This document shows, piece after piece, positions 30,090-39,779 of a DNA stretch of 48,130 bases (position 1 is its first letter; every line of letters begins with the position of its first letter). A program made the translations under genes and the position numbers. The DNA comes from Actinomycetota bacterium. Lineage in GTDB: Bacteria > Actinomycetota > UBA4738 > HRBIN12. Under the pieces are notes generated by a model that saw nothing but the letters and a program-made list of their open reading frames with translations, did no database searches and was not told the DNA's origin. The stretch spans positions 1 through 48,130 of the forward strand of contig JBKJXU010000021.1 of the NCBI GenBank assembly GCA_046716145.1, given 5' to 3'.

Positions 30090-31607
30090 TCAAGCTTCCG
30101 GACGCTGAGACGGGAACATGATGAGGTCCCGAAGGCCCGCCGCGTCAGTGAGCAGGAGCAGAAGCCGGTCGATACCGATGCCCAGACCGCCGGCAGGTGG
30201 CATCCCGTGTTCGAGCGCGCGTAGGAACTCCTCGTCGAGGGGATGGGCCTCCTCGCCCAGGGTCTCCTTCATCTCCTGTTGCAGCTCGAACTTGGCACGT
30301 TGCTCGTCGGGGTCGGTGAGCTCGCTGAAGGCCGTGACCAACTCGACGCCGCCGATGACGAGGTCGAAGTGCTCCGTGAGGCCCGGGTCGTTGCGGTGTG
30401 GCCTCGCGAGCGGTGAGACCTCGCGCGGGAAGTCGCACACGAAGGTCGGAGCCTCGATGTGCTCCTCGACGAGCTTCTCGAACATCTCCTGGACGATCTT
30501 CCCCGAGCCCCAGGCGTCATCGACCGGCACCTCGTGACGTCCGGCGATCTCACGCAGGTCCGATCGATCGAGCGTGATGACCTCGCCGGTGGCCTCCGAG
30601 ACGGCGTCGAGGATCGTGAGCCGCCGGTACGGAGGCGTGAGGTCGACCGTTCGCTCCCCGACCGGGATCCGGAGGTCATCGGGGTCTCGGCCGTAGATCG
30701 GGTTGACGGCGCGGCAGCACCCGACGACCAGCGCCTCGGAGAGTTCCATCATCGTGAAGTAGTCGCCGTAGGCCTGGTAGGCCTCGAGCATCGTGAACTC
30801 GGGGTTGTGATCGCGATCGATGCCCTCGTTGCGGAAGTTGCGGCCCAGCTCGAAGATCCGCTCCACCCCGCCCACCAGCATCCGCTTCAGGTAGAGCTCG
30901 AGCGAGATCCGGATCTTCATGTCCACGTCGAGTACGTGGTGGTGCGTGACGAACGGCCGCGCGTTGGCGCCGCCAGCGACGAGTTGCAGCATCGGCCCCT
31001 CGAACTCGACGAACCCTCGCTCGTCCAGGACCCGCCGCATCGTCTTGAGGATCGCCGCGCGAGCGTGGAAGGCACGTCGGGGCGCCTCGTCGGCGATCAG
31101 GTGCAGGTAGCGACGGCGCTGCTGCAGATCGGGATCCTGCAGGCCGTGCCACTTCTCCGGGAGGGGCCGCAGCGCCTTCGTGAGCATCGCCCAGCGCGTG
31201 GCGAAGATGCTGAGCTCGCCCGTACGGCTGGTCCCGACCGGACCGGTGGCCCCCACGATGTCGCCGAGGTCGACCTCCTGCAGCAGCGCGAACGCGTCGG
31301 GTTCGAGGTCGGCGGCACTGAAGATGACCTGGAGGTCGCCGTCCTGATCGCGCAGCGTGACGAAGACGAGCTTGCCCATGTCGCGCTTGAGCACGACGCG
31401 CCCGGCCAGCGTGCGGATGTCGCCGCTGCGGACGTCTGCGGCGAGACCACCGTGGACGGCGCGCACCGCAGCGCTGCGGTCCGGGCGCTCGACGCCGAGG
31501 ACGTCCTGCAACGTGATGGCGAACGCCTGCTCGCGACCGAGACGTTCGAGGCTCGCTCGGCGCGTCGCGAGCACCTCGGCCTCGCGGCCTCGGGTTTCAT
31601 CAGTCAT
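30090..31607 (-). CDS. lysS: Lysine--tRNA ligase (class II)
   Basis: OB fold, PLPEKWHGL, FRNEG..HNPEFT, GLGIGIDRL. Confidence 0.98.
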   Translation of the reverse strand: MTDETRGREAEVLATRRASLERLGREQAFAITLQDVLGVERPDRSAAVRAVHGGLAADVRSGDIRTLAGRVVLKRDMGKLVFVTLRDQDGDLQVIFSAADLEPDAFALLQEVDLGDIVGATGPVGTSRTGELSIFATRWAMLTKALRPLPEKWHGLQDPDLQQRRRYLHLIADEAPRRAFHARAAILKTMRRVLDERGFVEFEGPMLQLVAGGANARPFVTHHHVLDVDMKIRISLELYLKRMLVGGVERIFELGRNFRNEGIDRDHNPEFTMLEAYQAYGDYFTMMELSEALVVGCCRAVNPIYGRDPDDLRIPVGERTVDLTPPYRRLTILDAVSEATGEVITLDRSDLREIAGRHEVPVDDAWGSGKIVQEMFEKLVEEHIEAPTFVCDFPREVSPLARPHRNDPGLTEHFDLVIGGVELVTAFSELTDPDEQRAKFELQQEMKETLGEEAHPLDEEFLRALEHGMPPAGGLGIGIDRLLLLLTDAAGLRDLIMFPSQRPEA

Positions 31608-32373
31608 CGTGGTTCCGTTCGTAGACCAAGCGCAAGCCCTCCAGGGTGAGCCAGGGCTCGTGGTGATCGATCGTGGTGCAGTGCGGGATCACGATCGGGG
31701 CCAAGCCCCCGGTGGCCACCGTCGTGGCGGACGTGCCGATCTCGGCCCGGATCCGCGTGACGATACCGTCGACCTCGCCGGCGGTTCCGTAGAGCAGGCC
31801 CGACTGGATGGCCTCGACGGTGCTCTTGCCAACCGGCGAACGAGGCGGCTGCAGGTCCACGCGGGTGAGCCGCGCGGTGCGCCCCACGAGCGCCCCGGCG
31901 CTGATCTGCAGACCGGGCGCGATCACCCCACCCAGGAACTCGCCCTGGTCCGAGACCACATCGAAGTTCGTCCCGGTGCCGAAGTCCACGACGATCGCTG
32001 GACCGCCGAACCGCGTGAACGTGGCGAGGGTATTCACCACACGGTCGGCGCCCACCTCGCGGGGGTTATCGGTGAGTACCGGCACCCCGGTCTTCGTCCC
32101 AGGCCCCACGATCACGGGCTCGAAGTGCAGGTAGCCGGAGGCCATCTCGCGGATCGCGGAGGTGACATCCGGAACCACGCTCGCGACGCAGAGACCGGTC
32201 ACATCCGAGCGGAGATCGAGGTCGCGGTGCTCCAAGAAGCCGGCGAGTGCGAGCGCGAGTTCGTCGGAGGTCCGCTCCGGGCGCGTCGACAGGCGCCAGG
32301 TATGCCGGAGCGAGGAGCCCTCGAAGACCCCCAGCACGATCTCGGTGTTCCCGACGTCGACGGTGAGCAGCAC
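31600..32373 (-). CDS. coaX: Type III pantothenate kinase
   Basis: DVGNT, VGADR, VDFGTG, GGVIAPG, ATGG. Confidence 0.95.
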   Translation of the reverse strand: MLLTVDVGNTEIVLGVFEGSSLRHTWRLSTRPERTSDELALALAGFLEHRDLDLRSDVTGLCVASVVPDVTSAIREMASGYLHFEPVIVGPGTKTGVPVLTDNPREVGADRVVNTLATFTRFGGPAIVVDFGTGTNFDVVSDQGEFLGGVIAPGLQISAGALVGRTARLTRVDLQPPRSPVGKSTVEAIQSGLLYGTAGEVDGIVTRIRAEIGTSATTVATGGLAPIVIPHCTTIDHHEPWLTLEGLRLVYERNHDD

Positions 32374-32383
32374 GGCGGTGGCG

Positions 32384-32591
32384 TTACCCCTCTTCCGGGT
32401 TGCTGTCCAGGTGGAACGACGGTGTACCTTCCCTCGCCGGATCGAACGTCGACAACCCGGCCGCATAGGCGTCGAGCGCGTTGCCGGGCTCGGGATCCGC
32501 GGCTCCGCTCGCGACGGCGGACAGACGTTGCAGCCATCACGGCCTCCAGGATGGTGACGCGATCGGGAGGTGGAACCCGAGCCGGCGTCAC
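32384..32591 (-). pseudogene. Possible degenerate nadC N-terminal-domain remnant
   Basis: VTPARVPPPDRVTILEAVMAA, then in a shifted frame WLQRLSAVASG (compare NadC FLQRLSGIAT) to TAA; lies between panC and coaX. Confidence 0.45.
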
Positions 32592-33448
32592 GATGCAGGC
32601 TCCGGCAACACGAGGTTGTCGATGAGTCGCACCGACCCGAACATGGCGGCGACCAGCGCCCGTGCCGGCCCCCGCAGGGTCTGCACCTTCTCGAAGGTGC
32701 GCTCATCCACCACCGCGGCGTAGTCCAAGCGCGCGAGTGGAGTCGCTCCGATCTCGCGAGCCATCAGCGCCACGAGGGGTGCCGTGTCCCGCTCCCCCCC
32801 GCGGGCGGCCTCGGCGGCCTCGGTGAGGGCGAGGAAGAGACAGGTGGCCTGTTGCCGCTCGTCGACGGAAAGGAAGACGATGCGCGAGGACAGCGCAAGC
32901 CCGTCGGGCTCTCGCACGGTGGCAGATGCGGTGATCTCGACCCCGAGCGCCGGCTCCGCCTGCACCATCCGCCGGATCAGGAACAGTTGCTGCGCGTCTT
33001 TCTCCCCGAAGTAGGCGTGCGCGGGCCCCGCCACCTCGAACAGGCGGTGCACGACCTGCAGGACCCCCCGGAAGTGACCTGGGCGCGAGACCCCCTCGAA
33101 GGTGTCGCCGACGGGGCCGGGGTCGAGGTCGGGCAGGTCCAGACCCGGCGGGTACACCTCTGGCGCCGAGGGCGCCCAGACCGCGTCCGCGCCCTCACGT
33201 TCGCAGACCGCCACGTCGGCAGCCTCGTCGCGTGGGTACCGCGCGAAGTCCTCGTCGTTCCCGAACTGCGTTGGGTTCACGAAGATCGTCACGAGCACGC
33301 GGTCGTTCCCGGCTCGCGCCCGGCGCACGAGCGACGCATGACCCCGGTGCAGTCCGCCCATCGTCGTTACCAAACCCACGCGCTCGCCGGCGGCCCGCCA
33401 GGCGTCCGTTCGCCTCGAGCACCCGATGGCTGAGCGGATCAACTCCAC
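32588..33448 (-). CDS. panC: Pantoate--beta-alanine ligase
   Basis: TMGGLHRGH, FVNPTQF, RPGHF, FGEKDAQQ, RLIDN. Confidence 0.96.
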   Translation of the reverse strand: MELIRSAIGCSRRTDAWRAAGERVGLVTTMGGLHRGHASLVRRARAGNDRVLVTIFVNPTQFGNDEDFARYPRDEAADVAVCEREGADAVWAPSAPEVYPPGLDLPDLDPGPVGDTFEGVSRPGHFRGVLQVVHRLFEVAGPAHAYFGEKDAQQLFLIRRMVQAEPALGVEITASATVREPDGLALSSRIVFLSVDERQQATCLFLALTEAAEAARGGERDTAPLVALMAREIGATPLARLDYAAVVDERTFEKVQTLRGPARALVAAMFGSVRLIDNLVLPEPAS

Positions 33449-34278
33449 GGGACGAGGGCCTCTTCGACCGCCGAGCGACCGGCGGCGTCCAGGCGGCCCG
33501 CCCGCAGCGCGAGGTCCGCCATCGAGCGACACATGGCCACGTAGACAGGCACAGCCTCGGGGGCCGCGATCCGGAGGGCTCCGAGGTTCGCCGAGATGGT
33601 GACCGCGTCCCCTCGCACGGCGGGCCCGGTGAGCGCCGATCCGGGTCCGAGCGCGGCGATGTTCTCGACCGTCGCCCGTTGCAGGGGTGCCATGGCCGCG
33701 AGCGGGTCGCGGACGCCCGAGAGGCTGAACAGGTGCTCCGCGATCACCGCGTTCGCCACGACATGGTTCGACGCGAAGACCGCCGCCGCGTGATACAACG
33801 CCCGATCCTCATCGCGAAGGATGAACGGGATGGCCCCGGCGTCGCGGGCGAGCGCCTCACCGAGGCCTCGGCCCTCCTCGTCATCGGCGGTGACCGCGGC
33901 GGCGCAGCCGGCCACCCGTTCGACGCCGATGTCGGGGAACGTCTGCAGGAGGTGCAGGGCGAACCGGCGGGGCCAGGCACCGAGCACACCCAGGGGTGCA
34001 GCCCCCGAGAGGTGGGCCAACCATGTTCCGGATGGCAGGGCCGAACGGACCTCCTCAGCTACCGTGGCGATCACGGCATCGGGGACACCCACCACGACCA
34101 CATCGGCGCCGGCCACGGCCTCGACCGGACCCACCACGGGCGCGCCCGGCAGGTACTCGGCGGCGCGCGCAGCGGTGGAACCCCGTCCGCTGACAGCCAC
34201 GATCTCATGACCCCCCCGGCGCCAGAGCACGGCTAGCGTCGTCCCGACCCGGCCTGCCCCGAGCACGGCGATCCTCAC
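33439..34278 (-). CDS. Rossmann-like/DUF2520 oxidoreductase (PanG-like candidate ketopantoate reductase)
   Basis: GAGRVG, HLSGA, YHAAAVFASN, LTGPAVRGD; overlaps panC. Confidence 0.88.
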   Translation of the reverse strand: MRIAVLGAGRVGTTLAVLWRRGGHEIVAVSGRGSTAARAAEYLPGAPVVGPVEAVAGADVVVVGVPDAVIATVAEEVRSALPSGTWLAHLSGAAPLGVLGAWPRRFALHLLQTFPDIGVERVAGCAAAVTADDEEGRGLGEALARDAGAIPFILRDEDRALYHAAAVFASNHVVANAVIAEHLFSLSGVRDPLAAMAPLQRATVENIAALGPGSALTGPAVRGDAVTISANLGALRIAAPEAVPVYVAMCRSMADLALRAGRLDAAGRSAVEEALVPWS

Positions 34279-35636
34279 GTGCTCGTCTCGACCCGCTCGA
34301 GCCACAGGATCGGACCCGAAGGCGCAGGCGCCTCCTCGGGCAGGACCAGTTCGGTTGAATCCTCCTGGCCGACGGCGTAGAGCCGGCCGTCGACCAGGAT
34401 GATCGGGACATCGCGCATCGTCTCGGTGACGGCGACGTCATCGGCTGCCGTCCCGAAGACCAGTTCGGGGATCTTCGGTCCGAGCTTGCCGTAGCCGGGC
34501 ACCCGATAGATGCCGCGCTCGTCGCCGACCGAACCCAGCACGAACGCGCCGTCGCCCGCCCAGGTGTAGTCCAAGAATCGTTCGACGATGAGTGGGGTCG
34601 CCCCGTCCACGTAGGGTGCCGGGTTCGCGTCGAAGGCGAGGCCCAACAACGCCCCGTCCGCGCCGGCCCGGGGGTCGACCAGGAACATGGATCGGCCACG
34701 AGACACCCCCAACAGCCGTACGCCAGCGAGCGTGATCGACGTGCGCCCCGTAGGGACACCGAGGACCCACGGGCCGGGACGGCCCCCGAACTCGAGGTCA
34801 GCGAACGAGAGGAGCACGTCGTTGAGGGTGCGGTGCACGCTGAGGACCTCGCCGCAGACCGAGTCGCTCCAGGTCTCGCTCACCGAGGTGTTCACCGCCT
34901 CGAACGTCCGCACGGTCACCTGGTCGCATCCGCGCGCCCCGGCGCCCGAAGAGACCGAAACGGCGCTGGCCAGCCGTCCCCCGGCCGACCAGGCCACGAA
35001 CCTCCCCGCGAGAACCGGCACGGGGACATCGATGGACTCCAGGAACCGCAGCACGCCCGCTTCTTGCCCCCCGTCGGGGGTCGAGGAGATCACGGCGACG
35101 CGGCCCTGCCCGGCATCGGAGGCGTCGAGCAGCGAAACAGGGTTCTCGACGCGCGGCCCCGCCTGCACGAGACCGGTCTCCAGGTTCCAGACCCATAACC
35201 GCGAAGCGTTGATCGTCGGATCGGGGGCGACGTACAGGATCCGGCCGCCGACGAACGCGGTGGACGCGAGCGGTGTCTTCTGGGGCGTGCCGGCGCGAAT
35301 GACCACGACCGCGACGACCGCGACCACCACGATCGCGGCCCCCGAGATCCAGCCCAGCCCGCGCGCTCGTCGGTCGGGCGCCTCCAGCACGCGACCCTGC
35401 TCCGGACCCACCTGTGGCGCCGCGGACACCACGCCGGTCGCGATCTGCTGGTTGCGTTCGGCGCGCGCGGCCATCCGCGCCCGCGCACGCGCGAACCGCG
35501 CCGGCGACTTCGGCTCGGCGGCGGCGCTCGGCGTCCAGAGTCCGGCTCCGCACTCCGGGCACGCGCGTCCGGAGGTCTCACCCTCCCAATCGCAGCGGAG
35601 GCAGACCTTCGCGGTGGCCCGGATCCTGGTCTTCAT
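34275..35636 (-). CDS. Hypothetical membrane protein: N-terminal Zn ribbon, one TM helix, beta-rich C-terminal domain
   Basis: CLRC..CPEC, a hydrophobic helix, and start/stop overlaps with both neighbours. Confidence 0.75.
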   Translation of the reverse strand: MKTRIRATAKVCLRCDWEGETSGRACPECGAGLWTPSAAAEPKSPARFARARARMAARAERNQQIATGVVSAAPQVGPEQGRVLEAPDRRARGLGWISGAAIVVVAVVAVVVIRAGTPQKTPLASTAFVGGRILYVAPDPTINASRLWVWNLETGLVQAGPRVENPVSLLDASDAGQGRVAVISSTPDGGQEAGVLRFLESIDVPVPVLAGRFVAWSAGGRLASAVSVSSGAGARGCDQVTVRTFEAVNTSVSETWSDSVCGEVLSVHRTLNDVLLSFADLEFGGRPGPWVLGVPTGRTSITLAGVRLLGVSRGRSMFLVDPRAGADGALLGLAFDANPAPYVDGATPLIVERFLDYTWAGDGAFVLGSVGDERGIYRVPGYGKLGPKIPELVFGTAADDVAVTETMRDVPIILVDGRLYAVGQEDSTELVLPEEAPAPSGPILWLERVETST

Positions 35637-36130
35637 GGCACGCGGAGCGGTGGGGCGTAGGGACGGGCCTCGCCCGCGGGCGAAGGGAGATCGAGGACGC
35701 GGCGGCCGCCGGGCAGGATGGGGTCGGGGTCGATCTCCAGCAGGGGCAGCACCACGAACGCGCGCTCGGTCATCCGAGGATGCGGGATCGTGAGGTCAAC
35801 CCCGGTGTGGATCTCGTCGTCGTACAGGAGCACGTCCACGTCGATGGTGCGCGGGCCCCACCGAACCTCTCGTGTACGCCCGAGCTCGGCCTCGACCTGG
35901 TGTGCGGCGCGCAAGGTGTCCTCCGCGGTGCCGTCGGTGTGCGCCCGCACCACGACGTTGAGGTACGCGGGCTGATCACGCGGGCCGCCCACCGGCCCGG
36001 ACTCCCAGACCCGCGAAGATGCCGTCGCGACGACGCCGCGTTCCGCCAACAGATCGACCGAGCGCTGAAGCGTGTCCAAGCGCTCGCCAAGGTTCGCGCC
36101 GAGCCCGAGCGTCACGGTGGCCATCCTCAT
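35633..36130 (-). CDS. folK: 2-amino-4-hydroxy-6-hydroxymethyldihydropteridine diphosphokinase
   Basis: GLGANLG, WGPRTIDVD, PHPRMTERAFV. Confidence 0.96.
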   Translation of the reverse strand: MRMATVTLGLGANLGERLDTLQRSVDLLAERGVVATASSRVWESGPVGGPRDQPAYLNVVVRAHTDGTAEDTLRAAHQVEAELGRTREVRWGPRTIDVDVLLYDDEIHTGVDLTIPHPRMTERAFVVLPLLEIDPDPILPGGRRVLDLPSPAGEARPYAPPLRVP

Positions 36131-36480
36131 CCCTCCGGGAGGCTCACCGAGGCCGCCACGCCGTCGATGTCCAACCGTGAGGCGGCAGCCGGTTTGTGCA
36201 CGATCACGGTGACCCGCCGCACCCGTTCGAACCCCATGCACTCGGTCGCGATCGCGCGCGCCATCGTTTCGATGAGATCGAACGAGCCCTGCCCGATCAC
36301 GGCACGGACGCGCTCGCTGACATCGCGATAGTCGGCGGTGCCGTCGATCCGGTCATCCCCGACGTCGACCTCCAGATCCAGGTCCACGACGAACGGCTGG
36401 GGCTCGTCCTTCTCACTCGCGCGCGCGCCATGATGCCCATCGGCGCGGATCCCCGTCAAGAACAGGCGAGCGTTCATCAT
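36127..36480 (-). CDS. folB: Dihydroneopterin aldolase
   Basis: GHHG, QPFVVD, DY, LIET, HKP. Confidence 0.94.
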   Translation of the reverse strand: MMNARLFLTGIRADGHHGARASEKDEPQPFVVDLDLEVDVGDDRIDGTADYRDVSERVRAVIGQGSFDLIETMARAIATECMGFERVRRVTVIVHKPAAASRLDIDGVAASVSLPEG

Positions 36481-37286
36481 GCGTGCGGTCCCACCTCCTG
36501 CCCGGCATCCGGCGCCGCCGGCTCCGGGTCATCTTCCTCGTACGGCGCGAGGTCGACCCACGCGGGGCGACGCTCGAGCTGCAGATGAACGATCCCCTCA
36601 TGTCCGTGCGGCGCCCCCTGGTACCGCACGCGCAGGTACTCCGCGATCATCACCCCGACCGGATCGATCGCGTCGTCCAGCAGGAAGTGTCCGCTCTGCG
36701 GCACCACCCCCAGCGTGGCGCCGCCCAGAGCATCGACGAGTCGTTCCGCCACCGAAACGAGGATGAAGGGATCGTCTTCTCCCCACAGGAGGAGCACCGG
36801 GACGTCAAGGACCCCGATGGCGGCGGTGTTCGCGGTGAGATCGATCGCGTCCGGGAAAGGCGCACCGAACGCGACGTAGGCATCCACATCAGCTTCCGGC
36901 AGATCGGCGAACTCCACAGAGCCGCGCTCGACGAACGCACGCGGGTCGACGCCAACAGGCGGGGTTTGATCGAACGCGATCGTGTCGATGAGGACGAGCG
37001 TGCCGGGTGCGGGCTCGCCCCCGGCCAGGAGTTGCGCCACGCCCCCGCCGTGCCCGTGGCCCACCACGGCGTAGCGTGCGATCCCGAGGACGTCGAGCAA
37101 CGAGCGGACCGCCGCCGCCTGCGCGCGAAGGTCCGGGTCGCGCAACTCGGGCGTCACGACGCGGAACCGGCCGGCGAGCAGCGGCGCCAAGCGGCGCCAC
37201 GCATGCGGGCCGCTCGGCCATCCGTGGAGCAGGACCACCGCGTCGGCATCGCGTGGTCCGTCATCGGTGTAGACGAGGTCGCTCAT
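36477..37286 (-). CDS. Alpha/beta-hydrolase fold protein with an atypical nucleophile elbow
   Basis: LLHGWP, GHGHGG, LWGEDD, SGHF. Confidence 0.88.
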   Translation of the reverse strand: MSDLVYTDDGPRDADAVVLLHGWPSGPHAWRRLAPLLAGRFRVVTPELRDPDLRAQAAAVRSLLDVLGIARYAVVGHGHGGGVAQLLAGGEPAPGTLVLIDTIAFDQTPPVGVDPRAFVERGSVEFADLPEADVDAYVAFGAPFPDAIDLTANTAAIGVLDVPVLLLWGEDDPFILVSVAERLVDALGGATLGVVPQSGHFLLDDAIDPVGVMIAEYLRVRYQGAPHGHEGIVHLQLERRPAWVDLAPYEEDDPEPAAPDAGQEVGPHA

Positions 37287-38134
37287 GATCCACCGCCCGC
37301 GATCGCGTCGGTCACGGCGAGCGCACGCACGGTCGCCCGCACGTCATGGACACGGACGACGTCCGCGCCGTTGGCCGCGCACCACGCGGCGGCGGCGATC
37401 GACGCCTCCACCCTGTCCGCCGGATCGTCCACGCCCGTGAGCGCGCCCAAGAACCGCTTGCGGCTGGCGCCGACGACGACCGCGGCCCCCAGGCTCGCGA
37501 GGGAGGGCAGAGCACGCAACAACGCGAGATTGTGCTCGCCATCCTTGCCGAACCCGATCCCGGGGTCGACGGCCAGGCACGCCTGGGACACGCCCGCGAA
37601 GATCGCGGCCTCGAGCCGCTCACGGAGATGCTCGTGGACCTCGGCGACCACGTCGTCGTAGCGCGGGTCGTCCTGCATCGTCGTGGGCTCGCCGAGCATG
37701 TGCATCAAGATCATGCCGGCCTGCGCGTCCGCGACCGCGCGGAACATCCCCTCGTCACGGCCTGCGGTGACGTCGTTCACGATCGCGGCACCGGCATGCA
37801 GCGCCGCCGCCGCGACCACCGCCCTGCGCGTATCGATACTGATCACGACATCGGGTCTGGCCGACCGGACCCCCTCGATCACCGGGATCACACGGGAGAG
37901 TTCCTCATCGACCAGCACCGGGGTCGCGCCCGGGCGGGTGGACTCACCGCCGATGTCGACGATGTCCGCGCCCTCATCGGCCAACGTGGCGGCGTGCGCG
38001 ACGGCCTCTTCACGTTCGACGAAGGAGCCACCGTCGCTGAAGGAGTCAGGTGTCACGTTCACGACGCCCATCACGAGCGTGCGTGAACCGAGCGAAAGGC
38101 TCCGCTCCCGGCATCGCCACGCACGCCCGTCCAT
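37283..38134 (-). CDS. folP: Dihydropteroate synthase
   Basis: NVTPDSFSDGG, GGESTRPG, DPGIGFGK, SRKRF, RVHDV. Confidence 0.98.
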   Translation of the reverse strand: MDGRAWRCRERSLSLGSRTLVMGVVNVTPDSFSDGGSFVEREEAVAHAATLADEGADIVDIGGESTRPGATPVLVDEELSRVIPVIEGVRSARPDVVISIDTRRAVVAAAALHAGAAIVNDVTAGRDEGMFRAVADAQAGMILMHMLGEPTTMQDDPRYDDVVAEVHEHLRERLEAAIFAGVSQACLAVDPGIGFGKDGEHNLALLRALPSLASLGAAVVVGASRKRFLGALTGVDDPADRVEASIAAAAWCAANGADVVRVHDVRATVRALAVTDAIAGGGS

Positions 38135-38227
38135 GCAGGTCATCGTAGCCGGGAGGCGATGAGCCGCCCGAGCCTGCCGGGGGCGGCGCCCTGGCGCTCC
38201 CGCGGGTTCAGGCGTAGCGTCACGATC

Positions 38228-39163
38228 ATGAGGCGAACCCTCCTGGCGACGATCGTCGCGGCCGTGGCCGCCGTGATTACATCCGTCCCGGCCGGATCAG
38301 GGACGGCGCGCCCGCTCGTCTGGGTCGCTCTGGAAGATGCGGATCAGATCGCCCTGGTGAACGTGCGCACCGGCACGGTGCTCCGCCGAGAGGCCGCGCC
38401 GGGTGGACCGCACAACATCACGGTCGCGAACGATGGGACCGTGGTCGTGGCCCTGTGGGACACCGACCGCATCGCCATCCTGCGGCCCCGCGCCTCCGAC
38501 CCGCGGTTCGTGACGCTCGGCGGGGCGCCCCACGACGTGAAGATGCGGGGATCCATGATCGTGGTGGCGAACCAGGGCGCAACTCGGCTGGACCGCACGT
38601 GGCTCCGTGGCGGCGTCCTGCCGCGCATCGGCCTGAAGGCCCACCCGCACGACGTGGCGATCGCGCCCGGTGGACGGCGTGCCTGGGTGAGCCTGGAGGG
38701 CAGCGACGACCTCGCGGTCGTCGACCTGGACGATCGGTCCGTGCGGTACGTCTCGACGGGGGTCCGCCCCCACGACCTGCTGTTCGCGACCGACGGACGG
38801 CTCTGGGTGACCGACTGGAACGGCACCGTGCACGTCTTCGACGGAGCCGACCGCATCCGGACGCTCCGGCTCGGGGAGGAAGCCCATCACCTCGCGTTCA
38901 CCCCGAACGGGGACGAGGTGTGGATCACCGATCACGGGGTCGGGAAGGTGTTCGTCCTGTCGACGAGACCGATCGACCTCCTCGCGACACGGGACATCCC
39001 GGGTGAGCCCCACCATGTCTCGATCACCGCGAACGGACGGTGGGCGGTCATCGCCGATCACACGAACGGCACCCTCGTGGTGTTCGACGCGAGGACCCAC
39101 CGCCGCGCACGCATCGTCCGTGTCGGCGCGGGGCCCCACGGGGTCTGGGCCGTTCCGGCCTGA
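38228..39163 (+). CDS. Secreted YncE-like beta-propeller with His-containing repeats
   Basis: Signal peptide; seven repeats PHN/PHD/PHD/PHD/AHH/PHH/PHG. Confidence 0.85.
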   Translation: MRRTLLATIVAAVAAVITSVPAGSGTARPLVWVALEDADQIALVNVRTGTVLRREAAPGGPHNITVANDGTVVVALWDTDRIAILRPRASDPRFVTLGGAPHDVKMRGSMIVVANQGATRLDRTWLRGGVLPRIGLKAHPHDVAIAPGGRRAWVSLEGSDDLAVVDLDDRSVRYVSTGVRPHDLLFATDGRLWVTDWNGTVHVFDGADRIRTLRLGEEAHHLAFTPNGDEVWITDHGVGKVFVLSTRPIDLLATRDIPGEPHHVSITANGRWAVIADHTNGTLVVFDARTHRRARIVRVGAGPHGVWAVPA

Positions 39164-39196
39164 GCACAGGGAAAGCGCACGCGAACATGCTCGCGA

Positions 39197-39760
39197 CTAG
39201 CGCATGCCGATGTGATCCATCGCCTCCTGGCGCGTCCGGGCATCCGAACGGAACAGGCCGCGGACGGCCGAAGTCACGGTGACCGCACCCGGCTTCTTCA
39301 CGCCGCGCATCGTCATACACAGATGCTCGGCCTCGATCACGACGAACACACCGCGCGGACTGAGCGCGCGCTCGATGGTGTCCGCGATCTCCGTGGTGAG
39401 GCGTTCTTGGACCTGCAACCGCTTCGCGAGCACGTCGACCACCCGCGCGATCTTCGACAGACCCGTGATCTGTCCGGACTTGTTCGGCACGTATGCCACG
39501 TGCGCCTTGCCGTTGAACGGAACGAGGTGATGCTCGCAGATCGACGTGAGGGGGATATCGCGGACCATGATCATCTCGTCGAAGTCGGCTCCCTCCACGA
39601 CCGTCACGATGGGCGCCGCATCCTGCCCGATCCCGGCGAGGATCTCCTCGTACATGCGGGCCACGCGCGAAGGCGTCTCGCGCAACCCGCCGCGGGCCGG
39701 GTCCTCGCCGACGCCTTGCAGGATGAGCCGGACGCCCTCCTCGATCTTCGCGCGGTCCAT
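39197..39760 (-). CDS. folE: GTP cyclohydrolase I
   Basis: [30 protein letters not shown]. Confidence 0.98.
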   Translation of the reverse strand: MDRAKIEEGVRLILQGVGEDPARGGLRETPSRVARMYEEILAGIGQDAAPIVTVVEGADFDEMIMVRDIPLTSICEHHLVPFNGKAHVAYVPNKSGQITGLSKIARVVDVLAKRLQVQERLTTEIADTIERALSPRGVFVVIEAEHLCMTMRGVKKPGAVTVTSAVRGLFRSDARTRQEAMDHIGMR

Positions 39761-39779
39761 GGCCAGCGATCCTACCGGC

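Noticed and set aside
39180-39195. LexA SOS box (CGCGAACATGCTCGCG)
   Set aside because: Spacing does not fit GAAC-N4-GTTC and it lies between convergent genes; at most a small hairpin.
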